In this document: positions 47,851 through 56,432 of the stretch, piece by piece
How the letters are laid out: each line of letters opens with the position of its first letter
Position numbering within the stretch: the stretch's first letter is position 1
Assembly: GCA_041651055.1 (NCBI GenBank)
Contig: JBAZJW010000001.1
Location: 472,506-536,505 of the forward strand
Direction: 5' to 3'
Origin: Minisyncoccota bacterium
GTDB lineage: Bacteria > Patescibacteriota > Minisyncoccia > Phycocordibacterales > UBA5272
Length of the DNA: 64,000 nucleotides
Made by a program: the position numbers and the translations under genes
The notes under the pieces: model-generated
What the model was told of the DNA's origin: nothing
Database searches by the model: none
Seen by the model: the letters and a program-made list of their open reading frames with translations, nothing else

Positions 47851-48738
47851 CTACTCAGGTTGTGCTTGAGACTCTGCTTGTTTCTTAGCTACAGTCTTGT
47901 CGACAACCTCAAGTAAATGACTGAGCATTATTATTCTTGAGGCTGCTTCATGTGGTGGCAACTGATCTACGTTACCGTGACCAACAATGTTCTTACACCA
48001 TTGCATTGCACCCATAGCAACTAGCATAAATCCCTCTTTCTCATCCATTGGATTTGCAATCGCACTTCCATGGTATCGAGAGACATCTATTAGTGGGGTA
48101 TCTTTGTTGAATACTTGTGCCATAAGGTTACGTCCGAATTGACCATGTACCCCTGACCACCTCATGATTTCTGTTTCTGTAATTTCTCCAGCTTTCCTCA
48201 CTGACTCATTCATGTAGCCATCCTTGAATAAAGGGATAACATCAGACAATAATGTCTTATGCAGCCCGATGCCTTGTAGTGATTGAAGGATCACTGGGTT
48301 CGGAGGTGTTATCGCTGGACGTGTAATAGGTAATTCAAGTTCATCTATTTCCTTTCTCAGATCAATGCCGAACTCCAGGAGCTTCTCTTTGAACAAATCT
48401 GCTTCTGGTCTTAACCAAGGATTACCCTGTGAACGACATCTTATGATGCAATCTGCAAGAATGTCATTTATCAAACGCTTCAACGTTTTCGGATGTGCTT
48501 TATGTACAGCAGAAATGAAGTGAGTGAATTGCTTCTTTTTGCTCTGTCCTTCAAGGAAGTACTTCGATAGACCTTTGTTTTTTGCAATCTTCTGTAAACA
48601 AAACGGGCTACGAGACGTTGCAGGGAGTAATTTACCCAACATTTCTGCAAGATCTTGGATCACTTGCTGTTGTCTGGGCGAATAGCGTTTCCTTGATGGA
48701 ACTGCTTTTCTTTTCGCCTTTTTAATGACTTTCTTCAT
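47851..48738 (-). CDS. Hypothetical protein (possible Abi/Ymh-like C-terminal region)
   Basis: 295-aa ORF with a basic N-terminus. C-terminal block HGQFGRN...VGHGNVDQLPPHEAASRII. Confidence 0.45.
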   Translation of the reverse strand: MKKVIKKAKRKAVPSRKRYSPRQQQVIQDLAEMLGKLLPATSRSPFCLQKIAKNKGLSKYFLEGQSKKKQFTHFISAVHKAHPKTLKRLINDILADCIIRCRSQGNPWLRPEADLFKEKLLEFGIDLRKEIDELELPITRPAITPPNPVILQSLQGIGLHKTLLSDVIPLFKDGYMNESVRKAGEITETEIMRWSGVHGQFGRNLMAQVFNKDTPLIDVSRYHGSAIANPMDEKEGFMLVAMGAMQWCKNIVGHGNVDQLPPHEAASRIIMLSHLLEVVDKTVAKKQAESQAQPE

Positions 48739-48750
48739 AGGAAGAATTTA

Positions 48751-49536
48751 TTACTCTTCCGAAACATTAACTTCAGGCACCATCTCTTTGAGGTGTGCAT
48801 TAGAAAATGCTGTTAGCGCAGTACGGGCATCTTTCAAATCCCCATCAGCGATAGCATTCGATGTTGCTTCATTGCGTGGAATAATGAGCTTAATTCCGCC
48901 TTTGAAATTGAAAACGAAACTGTCGGTCTCTTCTGCTCTGACAGTGTTTGAAAGTGAGGGTGCTTTTTCTGTAACCTTATTTGGTGTTACAGTAGTCTCA
49001 GTTGGAATTACTTCACTTGCTCCTTGTAACTCTGATAAAACCAATATTTCGTTCTGCATCATTCCAGAGTATTCTGCTGATCTTACGAAATTTCTTGCTG
49101 CAGTATCTTTCGCCGCCGCTTCAATACCGTAGTCGTGTACTAAAAGGTTACCGAGTGTCTGAACTTCTGGCAACTTCTTACCTTTGAAGACCTCAACTAA
49201 TTCTCCATAGAGTTGAGGGGCAACGAACGCTTTACGTATCGCTTGAACTTTCGATGGTTCATCTCGCGGAAACGCTATCTCTTTTCCTAGTGGAGAAAGA
49301 GATAGTTTGCCGCTTTCCTGATTTATTAGGCCGAACTGTTTAGCAGAGCTCACACGACCGATAAAAGTCGAGTTGTTTACTGCCTTACCCATATGTGCGG
49401 CGACAGCATCACCAGATACTCTATTTCCACCCAGAGTATTTACGATACCGATAAACGTGATAACTTCCTCAAGGTCATAGCGGGGGTATAACCTACTTCT
49501 TGCCTTTGTTTCCTTTTCTTTTGGTGTATTTTCCAT
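48751..49536 (-). CDS. Hypothetical protein
   Basis: 261-aa ORF upstream of the 47851 gene, same strand with a 12-nt gap. Confidence 0.45.
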   Translation of the reverse strand: MENTPKEKETKARSRLYPRYDLEEVITFIGIVNTLGGNRVSGDAVAAHMGKAVNNSTFIGRVSSAKQFGLINQESGKLSLSPLGKEIAFPRDEPSKVQAIRKAFVAPQLYGELVEVFKGKKLPEVQTLGNLLVHDYGIEAAAKDTAARNFVRSAEYSGMMQNEILVLSELQGASEVIPTETTVTPNKVTEKAPSLSNTVRAEETDSFVFNFKGGIKLIIPRNEATSNAIADGDLKDARTALTAFSNAHLKEMVPEVNVSEE

Positions 49537-49763
49537 ATAAATTAACTTTTAGTGTGATTAACGGAGTTTGTGCCTCCTGTTTGATATCGTACCAAATAAA
49601 TGGAAGTAAAGTCAAGTGTTTGTGCAAGAACTTCTACCTGTTTTATAAATCCCTTATTTATCAAGCACTTATGTATAGTTATCCACATAGAAAGCAGTGA
49701 TTAGGAGTGGAATACAAAACCGTATATTACCTACTTGACTAGTCCAGGGCCCTGCGTCATTCA

Positions 49764-51098
49764 TTGGTGTATATGAGCAATACAGTACAGACACCATTTG
49801 GGACACCAAATAAGGAGGTTCTAGAACCCTTGAGGCTAAAATACTGCCTTTACGCACGCAAAAGCACCGAAGCCGAGGAAAGGCAGATGCTTTCGATAGA
49901 TTCACAAATAAAAGAGATGTTACTACTGGCTGAACGTGAAGGACTGGAGATAGTAGCCATGAAGCGAGAATCTCACTCCGCCAAGGAAACAGGACAACGA
50001 CCAGTGTTTAATGAAATCATCAACGAGATTAAAGAAGGTAAATATAATGGCATTCTTACATGGGCGCCTGATCGAATTTCCCGTAACGCAGGAGACTTAG
50101 GGAAAGTCGTAGACCTTATGGACAGAGGAACACTGAAAGAAATACGCACCTACGGGCAAAGCTTCAGTAATTCACCGAATGAAAAGTTCCTTCTCATGAT
50201 ACTCGGTTCTCAGGCAAAGCTTGAAAACGATAACCGAGGCATTAATGTGAAGCGTGGATTGCGCATGAGGGCAGAGATGGGGTTATGGTGTGGCAAGGCA
50301 CCGCTCGGCTACCTCAATCAGAAAGATATGGATAAGAAGTGTCAGGTATTAGTAGACCCACTACGCGCACCAATCATTAAGAAAATGCACGAGAGAGTTG
50401 CGTACGAAAAGTGGAGTGGAAGGAAGTTGTACAACTGGTTGCGATTTGAATGTAATTTCTACACAAGAGGAAACAAACCACTCACACTTGCAGGTGTATA
50501 CAGAACACTAGAAAATCCTTTTTACTACGGGGTGTTCGAGAGACCAAAAGGAAGTGGTGAATGGCATCAAGGAAAGCATCAACCCATCATTGACCAAGAG
50601 CTCTTTGAGAAAGCGAGAGCACAACTGAAACGTGACCAGATAGTTCGTGAGAGTAAAGAATTTGCATTCACTAAGATGTTTACCTGTGGTTACTGTAGTA
50701 GTGGCATCTCAGCAGAAGAGAAGTGGAAAGAGTTGAAAGGTGGAGGAGCAAACAGATACATCTACTATAGTTGTTCTCGGGCGAGAGATAGAAATTGTAA
50801 GAATAAGTATATTCGTGAAGAAGACTTGATACTGGAATTGTTAAAAATACTGGATGAGCTAGATATCAATGAACTTGGTATGAGACAGCGCCTCGAAGAA
50901 GAAATTGCCAGGTTCAATATATTTCAAAGGTCTGTACTTGGTGCAAAGGAAAAGTTGGAAACGAACAAGGAAACAGATATACGGAACTATGCGAAATATA
51001 TCCTTAAAGAAGGAACTACCGATGAAAAAAGACAGTTACTCGGTAATCTTAGAACAAGAATTATATATAAGGATAAAAAATTAGAGTTAACTAAATAA
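49764..51098 (+). CDS. Large serine recombinase (resolvase/invertase N-domain, recombinase domain and zinc ribbon)
   Basis: YARKSTEAEERQ...SIDSQ catalytic-Ser region. Recombinase-domain blocks GKAPLGY. CxxC...CxxC zinc ribbon. Confidence 0.85.
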   Translation: MVYMSNTVQTPFGTPNKEVLEPLRLKYCLYARKSTEAEERQMLSIDSQIKEMLLLAEREGLEIVAMKRESHSAKETGQRPVFNEIINEIKEGKYNGILTWAPDRISRNAGDLGKVVDLMDRGTLKEIRTYGQSFSNSPNEKFLLMILGSQAKLENDNRGINVKRGLRMRAEMGLWCGKAPLGYLNQKDMDKKCQVLVDPLRAPIIKKMHERVAYEKWSGRKLYNWLRFECNFYTRGNKPLTLAGVYRTLENPFYYGVFERPKGSGEWHQGKHQPIIDQELFEKARAQLKRDQIVRESKEFAFTKMFTCGYCSSGISAEEKWKELKGGGANRYIYYSCSRARDRNCKNKYIREEDLILELLKILDELDINELGMRQRLEEEIARFNIFQRSVLGAKEKLETNKETDIRNYAKYILKEGTTDEKRQLLGNLRTRIIYKDKKLELTK

Positions 51099-51127
51099 TC
51101 ATCTTTATTTTTTGTTATAATCTAGTC

Positions 51128-52198
51128 ATGAGCCAAGTATTCATTGCTTTTTATGGACACCCTGAACCTGTTATGAAACAGGAAGAGAATATTTATGTGA
51201 CTGCTGAAAATTTTGAATGCTGGAATTTACGGAATTTCTCTGCAGAAGAGTTTATGAATACTATAAAAACTAAGATACCTCCTATTAATGATAATGTGCT
51301 AATAAATTATCTGAATGAAGGAGCGGGTTCGGGTGGTATAAGTAAAGAACAGTATGGTGACTGTCTCTGGGGGTTATTGTTACCTGATCCAGAAAGAAAT
51401 TTTAGTAACTCGAAAGAAGTAAACTCTCTCCTGAATCTGTTTTCAACTAAGTATATGAGTCCCGCTTTCTTTGTTACAGACATGGGAATACGAAAAGAGA
51501 ATAAGTTCATAGGAGTTGACGTCGAACCGAATGATCATCAAAGGTACGAGGATTTTAAAACGACTGATTTTGTTTCTTTCTATAATACTATGATTGACCA
51601 GATGAAGTATTTCACCTGGAGAAGAGATACTGCTACGACTTGGACGGAAGAAGATTGGAGATTATTTATGGCAGCTGGTTTTTATGAGGGATTAGAAGAA
51701 TACAGTAAAGGCAAGACGTCTTACACATGGCAGAGAGAGTCCGCAGATATGGCGACTTTGTTAGAAACATTATTTACAGCTGGTGACTCTCAAAACGAAG
51801 AAATTGGATATAGGCTAAGAAAAAGAGTTGGATCATTGATAAAGTGGAAATTCAACGATATCGAAAAAGAAATAAAGGTTCTATATAAAGACCGCAGTGA
51901 TTTTGTTCATGGTAATTATTACACCAGGATTATTAGAGAGATGAGAGGTAACCAAAATGATAACGCAATGCTACCTCCACCAGATTTCGAGAAACTCTAT
52001 ACCACGAAAGAACGCATAAGATTTATCTTTGTTGCATACTTATATTTACATAAAACGATGATGTCTCGTTCTGAACAATCTTTTGCTACATATACTAGCG
52101 TTCAACAAATGCTGGAGGATGCTGTTTTAGATACAGAATTAAGATTAAAGATAATTGAAACTATCGAACCCGTAATAGATTTATTGCCTGAAGCTTAA
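51128..52198 (+). CDS. Hypothetical protein with C-terminal Rx4H (HEPN-like) motif
   Basis: 356 aa and AT-rich. Contains DRSDFVHGNYY. Confidence 0.45.
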   Translation: MSQVFIAFYGHPEPVMKQEENIYVTAENFECWNLRNFSAEEFMNTIKTKIPPINDNVLINYLNEGAGSGGISKEQYGDCLWGLLLPDPERNFSNSKEVNSLLNLFSTKYMSPAFFVTDMGIRKENKFIGVDVEPNDHQRYEDFKTTDFVSFYNTMIDQMKYFTWRRDTATTWTEEDWRLFMAAGFYEGLEEYSKGKTSYTWQRESADMATLLETLFTAGDSQNEEIGYRLRKRVGSLIKWKFNDIEKEIKVLYKDRSDFVHGNYYTRIIREMRGNQNDNAMLPPPDFEKLYTTKERIRFIFVAYLYLHKTMMSRSEQSFATYTSVQQMLEDAVLDTELRLKIIETIEPVIDLLPEA

Positions 52199-52626
52199 GA
52201 AAAGATACCAAGAGCATGACCATGGTTTATATTAAAACTTATCTCTCCTAATAAAATGACTCCCTCAGGGGTCTTAATATTCAAAAGATATATTCTCTTT
52301 GATTCCGAAATTCTTTTTGGGTGATGACCAGAGTATCCTTTTTGTTCTGACTTAAAAAGAGTGCTTATATTTTTATCCACATTGCTAATGTCAACATCCA
52401 AGGTTCCATAGTTCTGATCCCAACGTGCAGTAAAAAATGGCAGCATACCATCAAGTGGTTCAACCTTAAAAAGTACCAGTAATCCAGTATCTGATAATTT
52501 TTGAGATTCGTCTATTTTAAAAAGATAGTTTGAGCTAATAAATTCTTCCTTGAATTCAAGGTTTGACACCTTGTCGACCCTGAAGACATTCACTCCATCT
52601 TTTTTGAAGACATTGTCTTTTTGCAT
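52195..52626 (-). CDS. Hypothetical protein
   Basis: 143-aa ORF convergent with the upstream gene. AT-rich. Confidence 0.4.
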   Translation of the reverse strand: MQKDNVFKKDGVNVFRVDKVSNLEFKEEFISSNYLFKIDESQKLSDTGLLVLFKVEPLDGMLPFFTARWDQNYGTLDVDISNVDKNISTLFKSEQKGYSGHHPKRISESKRIYLLNIKTPEGVILLGEISFNINHGHALGIFS

Positions 52627-52650
52627 GTTTTTTTAATTTTACCACCCCCA

Positions 52651-52682
52651 GTACAAAGTGACCCACTATAGGGATAGTGGGT
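52651..52682 (-). terminator. Hairpin immediately downstream of tRNA-Ser
   Basis: agtgacccactat-aggg-atagtgggtcact. Confidence 0.55.
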
Positions 52683-52706
52683 CACTCCGATACTTAATTA
52701 TTTATG

Positions 52707-52794
52707 CGGAGGAGGTGAGATTCGAACTCACGGTCCGATTACTCAGACTTCTGTTTTCAAGACAGATGCGATAGACCAACTCTGCCACTCCTCC
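52707..52794 (-). tRNA. tRNA-Ser (TGA)
   Basis: Long variable arm. Anticodon loop CTTGAAA. Acceptor GGAGGAG/CTCCTCC. T-arm GTGAG-TTCGAAT-CTCAC. Confidence 0.85.
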
Positions 52795-53051
52795 CTGTTT
52801 ACCAATTGTTTTACCAATTGTTGCAATACTATACCACGTTTTATCAATTTTTGAAATACTTGAAAATGTCTACAAATGATGTTCCTCGTAGTGACAATTC
52901 GGGCAAATTAATTCCAAGTTTTCTAAACTGTTGTCGCTTCTGTTTCTGTTTTTATGATGAATTTGTAGTATTCCGCTTTTGTCATAACTACACCAGCAAA
53001 CTAGTCGACACAAGGATCTTTCTTGTCTTAAGCAAAGAACCGGCCCACCTC

Positions 53052-53984
53052 TTACTTTGTAACATCTACTTTCTTTACTTTCTCAAGCTGTTCTGATGTC
53101 GTTTTTGAAACAATCTTAAGTAGAGAAAAATCTGTACTGTCATCAAAATACTTACCCAAATCATTTACGCTATCTATTTTTTTACCTATACACACCCTTT
53201 TTTCTTCCACGGTATCGAGTATCAATCGATCGTTAAAGATAGTATATGTTTCAACCGAATTACAAGGATACAGCCCAAACGGCCTCATGCCATAAACCTT
53301 AATCTGATCAGTCTCTTTATCATATATAGCATTGGTAATATCTTTCTGAACATGTGCTTCGGAATCAAGATATGGAAGTGGTTCTACTATAACACTTGAA
53401 TCTCCCATAAAAGTAGCCATGTATGTTGTGCTAAATATATTATATACACCTGAGTTCACCATATCACTCAGAATAAAAAGAACTGAGCCATCTTTTCTGT
53501 AATAACTATCAATACGAAATGGATCGAATCCATCCCACGATTCAAAAGCATCTATAATACTTGCGCCAGGCATGTCTGTCGGCAACTCTCCAAAGCGGTT
53601 TCCAAGCTTAAGAAAAACATAGTCATCAAAGATGGACTTCCATGTCGCCTCGTTGCTTTTATTTGTGCGACTTTGTGTTAGATAGTTCTCGACATCCTTA
53701 TGATTGTTATCCATGAGCTTCCACCTGCGTATTCGAAGATCTTTTACAGCCTTATCATCTGAGGTTTCTTGAGATTGACGTGTGTTTATTTCTTTGGTGA
53801 CTGCCTCTATCTCTGAAATAAAAGGTGATTCGACTAATGTTTCATTGTTAGTTTTTTTACCAAGAAAAAACCATATGTTTTTATTACTATTTTTATTTTT
53901 TAAAACTAAAAAAACTGAGACAATAACAAGTAAAACAAAAAGGAGAATTAAGCTAATTATTTTTTTATGAGAAAAGTTTTTCAT
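53052..53984 (-). CDS. Hypothetical membrane-anchored protein
   Basis: 310 aa with an N-terminal TM. AT-rich. Confidence 0.45.
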   Translation of the reverse strand: MKNFSHKKIISLILLFVLLVIVSVFLVLKNKNSNKNIWFFLGKKTNNETLVESPFISEIEAVTKEINTRQSQETSDDKAVKDLRIRRWKLMDNNHKDVENYLTQSRTNKSNEATWKSIFDDYVFLKLGNRFGELPTDMPGASIIDAFESWDGFDPFRIDSYYRKDGSVLFILSDMVNSGVYNIFSTTYMATFMGDSSVIVEPLPYLDSEAHVQKDITNAIYDKETDQIKVYGMRPFGLYPCNSVETYTIFNDRLILDTVEEKRVCIGKKIDSVNDLGKYFDDSTDFSLLKIVSKTTSEQLEKVKKVDVTK

Positions 53985-54145
53985 AGGTAAAGTATACCCT
54001 AAATAATCGGCATTAGGTTGTCGGGCCGTAGCGATCGTCCTATATAGGAGTGCTCCTGTCTCTAAAAAAGAAGAACAAACAAAAACATCGAAGGTGAACC
54101 TTCGATGTTTTTGTTGAAAAAATTATGTTACAACCTGACGTCTTT

Positions 54146-54829
54146 TTATTTAAGACCGTGCCCCATAGACCATGCAGGAAGTGTTATTCCGGCATTCGTA
54201 AGAAGCGTCTTGGCTTCTGTTTGCTTGCCAGCTTCCATAAGTATATGAGCCTGCTTCATGACTTCTTTCTGTGCATCAGTAAGAGACGCAAAGAATGAAT
54301 TCATTTCGCCTGCGCCACGATGTCCTCCTGCTGGCATTTTGATTCCAGCTGCATCAAGCAATGCTTGTGCTTCTGTATTCTTTCCTGCCGCGAAGAGTGC
54401 TTTCGCTTGTGTCATTGTCGCCTTCTGTGCGTCAGTTAGATTTTGCATTTGCATCCCCATTCCCTTTTCTCCAGCCTGGTCACCGTGCATGCCTTTTTTA
54501 CCGAGCACTGGTGGTTTGATACCAGCTTCGTCGAGAAGTTTCTTGGCGCCTGCAATATCTCCATTTGCACGAAGTTTGTTAGCAGAAACCATAGCATTAA
54601 ACTGCGCTTCAGTAATTGTGTTTACACCCGCTTTACTATTTTTTGTTGCGGCAATGAATGCCTGGTAGTCACCATTGGTAACTGCCTGTTTAATAGCGGT
54701 ACGTGTTTGGTCACGAACATTTGATGGAGTTCCTGCTGGTAATGATGCGGCACTTACGGACGCAAATGCGCCGAGTGCCCCTATTCCTGCCAATGAGAAG
54801 GCGAGGAACTGTTTGCGTTTTGAATTCAT
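54146..54829 (-). CDS. Secreted protein with three ~45-aa internal repeats
   Basis: Signal peptide. Repeated DAQK..M.QA..L..AGK.TEA..LL..AGI motif. Confidence 0.5.
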   Translation of the reverse strand: MNSKRKQFLAFSLAGIGALGAFASVSAASLPAGTPSNVRDQTRTAIKQAVTNGDYQAFIAATKNSKAGVNTITEAQFNAMVSANKLRANGDIAGAKKLLDEAGIKPPVLGKKGMHGDQAGEKGMGMQMQNLTDAQKATMTQAKALFAAGKNTEAQALLDAAGIKMPAGGHRGAGEMNSFFASLTDAQKEVMKQAHILMEAGKQTEAKTLLTNAGITLPAWSMGHGLK

Positions 54830-54906
54830 AAGAATTGTAGTGTTTAGAAATTAAAGTAATTTGTTGGTGTATCTATGTGACGTCATTGTGCAACCAACAC
54901 TCTTTA

Positions 54907-55722
54907 CTACGCTCCCACATTTACTTTTCTTTCACCTCCTCGCATATGATTTTTCATATCATCGAGCAAGGTTGTACAATCAGGATTTTTGTTCTGCAAT
55001 GATGGCAACAACAACATCTGCTTGCGCATTGGAGGAGCTGCGCGCGGAAATGCACCAATATCCCAAGGGAATACCATGCATGCCACGAACACACGCTCGC
55101 CCGTTGTCGTTCCTATAATTCTTATACTTTTTCCCTCTTCAACAAAAGGAAATGTTGTCGTTCCAAAACCAGAAAAATCAATAACCCAGACCACGTCATC
55201 TTTGTCACGAAGAACAACCCTCGAGTCCTCTTTCTTTTCTACATAACCTGCAAGTCTTCCTTCTGAAAGAGAAGACCACACGCGCTGCTCTCGCTCGTGC
55301 ACCGGATAACGAATCACACTATCCACCTCAAAAGAGTCATCTATTTTGTAAATAATAATTCCAAGAACCACACTTGTCGTAACGCTTCCAAGTAAAATCC
55401 AATGTAATGAATATCTATATCCAAAATGTGTCGTGCGTAATGCCTTCACAATAAACCCACCGAATAACGCAAAGGAGAGAACCCATATAAATGGAATATT
55501 TGCGGTAATAAAATCAAACTGTGAAGCATAGACAAACTCCTGATATTCCCAGCCAGTGTGCATGCTTGCAAAGAGCCCTCCTGCAACAGCGACAGCACCG
55601 AGCAATGTCACCGCAATTCCTGGAATCCAAAGAGCCGCATGTTCCACAACAAAATACCACTTTGCTTTTGGTTTAATATTTTCTTTATGTATCTTTGTGA
55701 GAATTGTTTCTGATGTTGTCAT
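54907..55722 (-). CDS. Putative anti-sigma factor (membrane protein)
   Basis: 4-nt ATGA overlap with the ECF sigma gene. Cytoplasmic N-segment, TM helices, extracytoplasmic C-domain. Confidence 0.45.
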   Translation of the reverse strand: MTTSETILTKIHKENIKPKAKWYFVVEHAALWIPGIAVTLLGAVAVAGGLFASMHTGWEYQEFVYASQFDFITANIPFIWVLSFALFGGFIVKALRTTHFGYRYSLHWILLGSVTTSVVLGIIIYKIDDSFEVDSVIRYPVHEREQRVWSSLSEGRLAGYVEKKEDSRVVLRDKDDVVWVIDFSGFGTTTFPFVEEGKSIRIIGTTTGERVFVACMVFPWDIGAFPRAAPPMRKQMLLLPSLQNKNPDCTTLLDDMKNHMRGGERKVNVGA

Positions 55723-56351
55723 GGTGTTTTTTTATCTGCGTCTACGTATCCTTTCAATGTGTCTTGAAGAATCTTTTTTGCTCGCGACAAACGTATCGCA
55801 ACGGTCCCTGGAGGGATTTGTAAAATGTCCGAGATCTCTTCATAACTCTTGTCTTCAAAAAAACGTAGGAAAATAATTTCCTGATATTTCGGGTCAAGTT
55901 TTTTTATGATGTCTCCGATTTCCTTTTTTGTTTCTGTTTGTATCGCTTCTTTTTCTATATTAATATCTCCAGCAATAGAAGCGAAAATATCTTCATCATC
56001 GGCAGACGAAACAAATTGTGGATTTCTTTTTTGTTTACGATACCAATCAATGAGCTCGTTGTGCGTGATGCGATATGCCCATGATGAGAAGCTGAGCGTC
56101 GTATCGAAGTCGTTAATGTTCCGGTACATCTTTATGAAACTACTCTGTACAATATCTTCTGCGTCTTCTTTTGTGGCCTTGGAGCGACGCATCACGTATC
56201 GAAGAAGCACAGTTTCGTAACGTTTAATAAGTTCGCCAAAATAGGCAGTGTCAGAAACACTAAGCTTTACAAGCTCTTCATCTGTACAGTTTGTGATATT
56301 GTGCACAATATAGAGTATATACGAAGATGGGGAGTAAATTCTTTCAAACAC
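55719..56351 (-). CDS. ECF-type RNA polymerase sigma-70 family factor
   Basis: Region 2 (FIKMYRNINDFD...SWAYRITHNELIDWYRK) and region 4 HTH (YEEISDILQIPPGTVAIRLSRAKKIL). Confidence 0.8.
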   Translation of the reverse strand: MFERIYSPSSYILYIVHNITNCTDEELVKLSVSDTAYFGELIKRYETVLLRYVMRRSKATKEDAEDIVQSSFIKMYRNINDFDTTLSFSSWAYRITHNELIDWYRKQKRNPQFVSSADDEDIFASIAGDINIEKEAIQTETKKEIGDIIKKLDPKYQEIIFLRFFEDKSYEEISDILQIPPGTVAIRLSRAKKILQDTLKGYVDADKKTP

Positions 56352-56432
56352 CTTCTTCTTCGATTTTTTAACACAGAGAAAAAAGAAAAGCCCTGTCTCA
56401 ATATACGAGACAGGGCGCTTGAAACAAGGTCG

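Larger units (their letters stand above)
40723..52724. mobile_element. Putative integrated element bounded by a 20-bp direct repeat of the tRNA-Ser 3' end
   Basis: tgcggaggaggtgagattcg is identical at 40723-40742 and 52705-52724 (the 3' end of tRNA-Ser). The interval holds a large serine recombinase, a ParB-MTase, a TerS-like HTH protein, a ParA-like ATPase, many unknown ORFs and a GC-atypical cassette. Confidence 0.5.
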
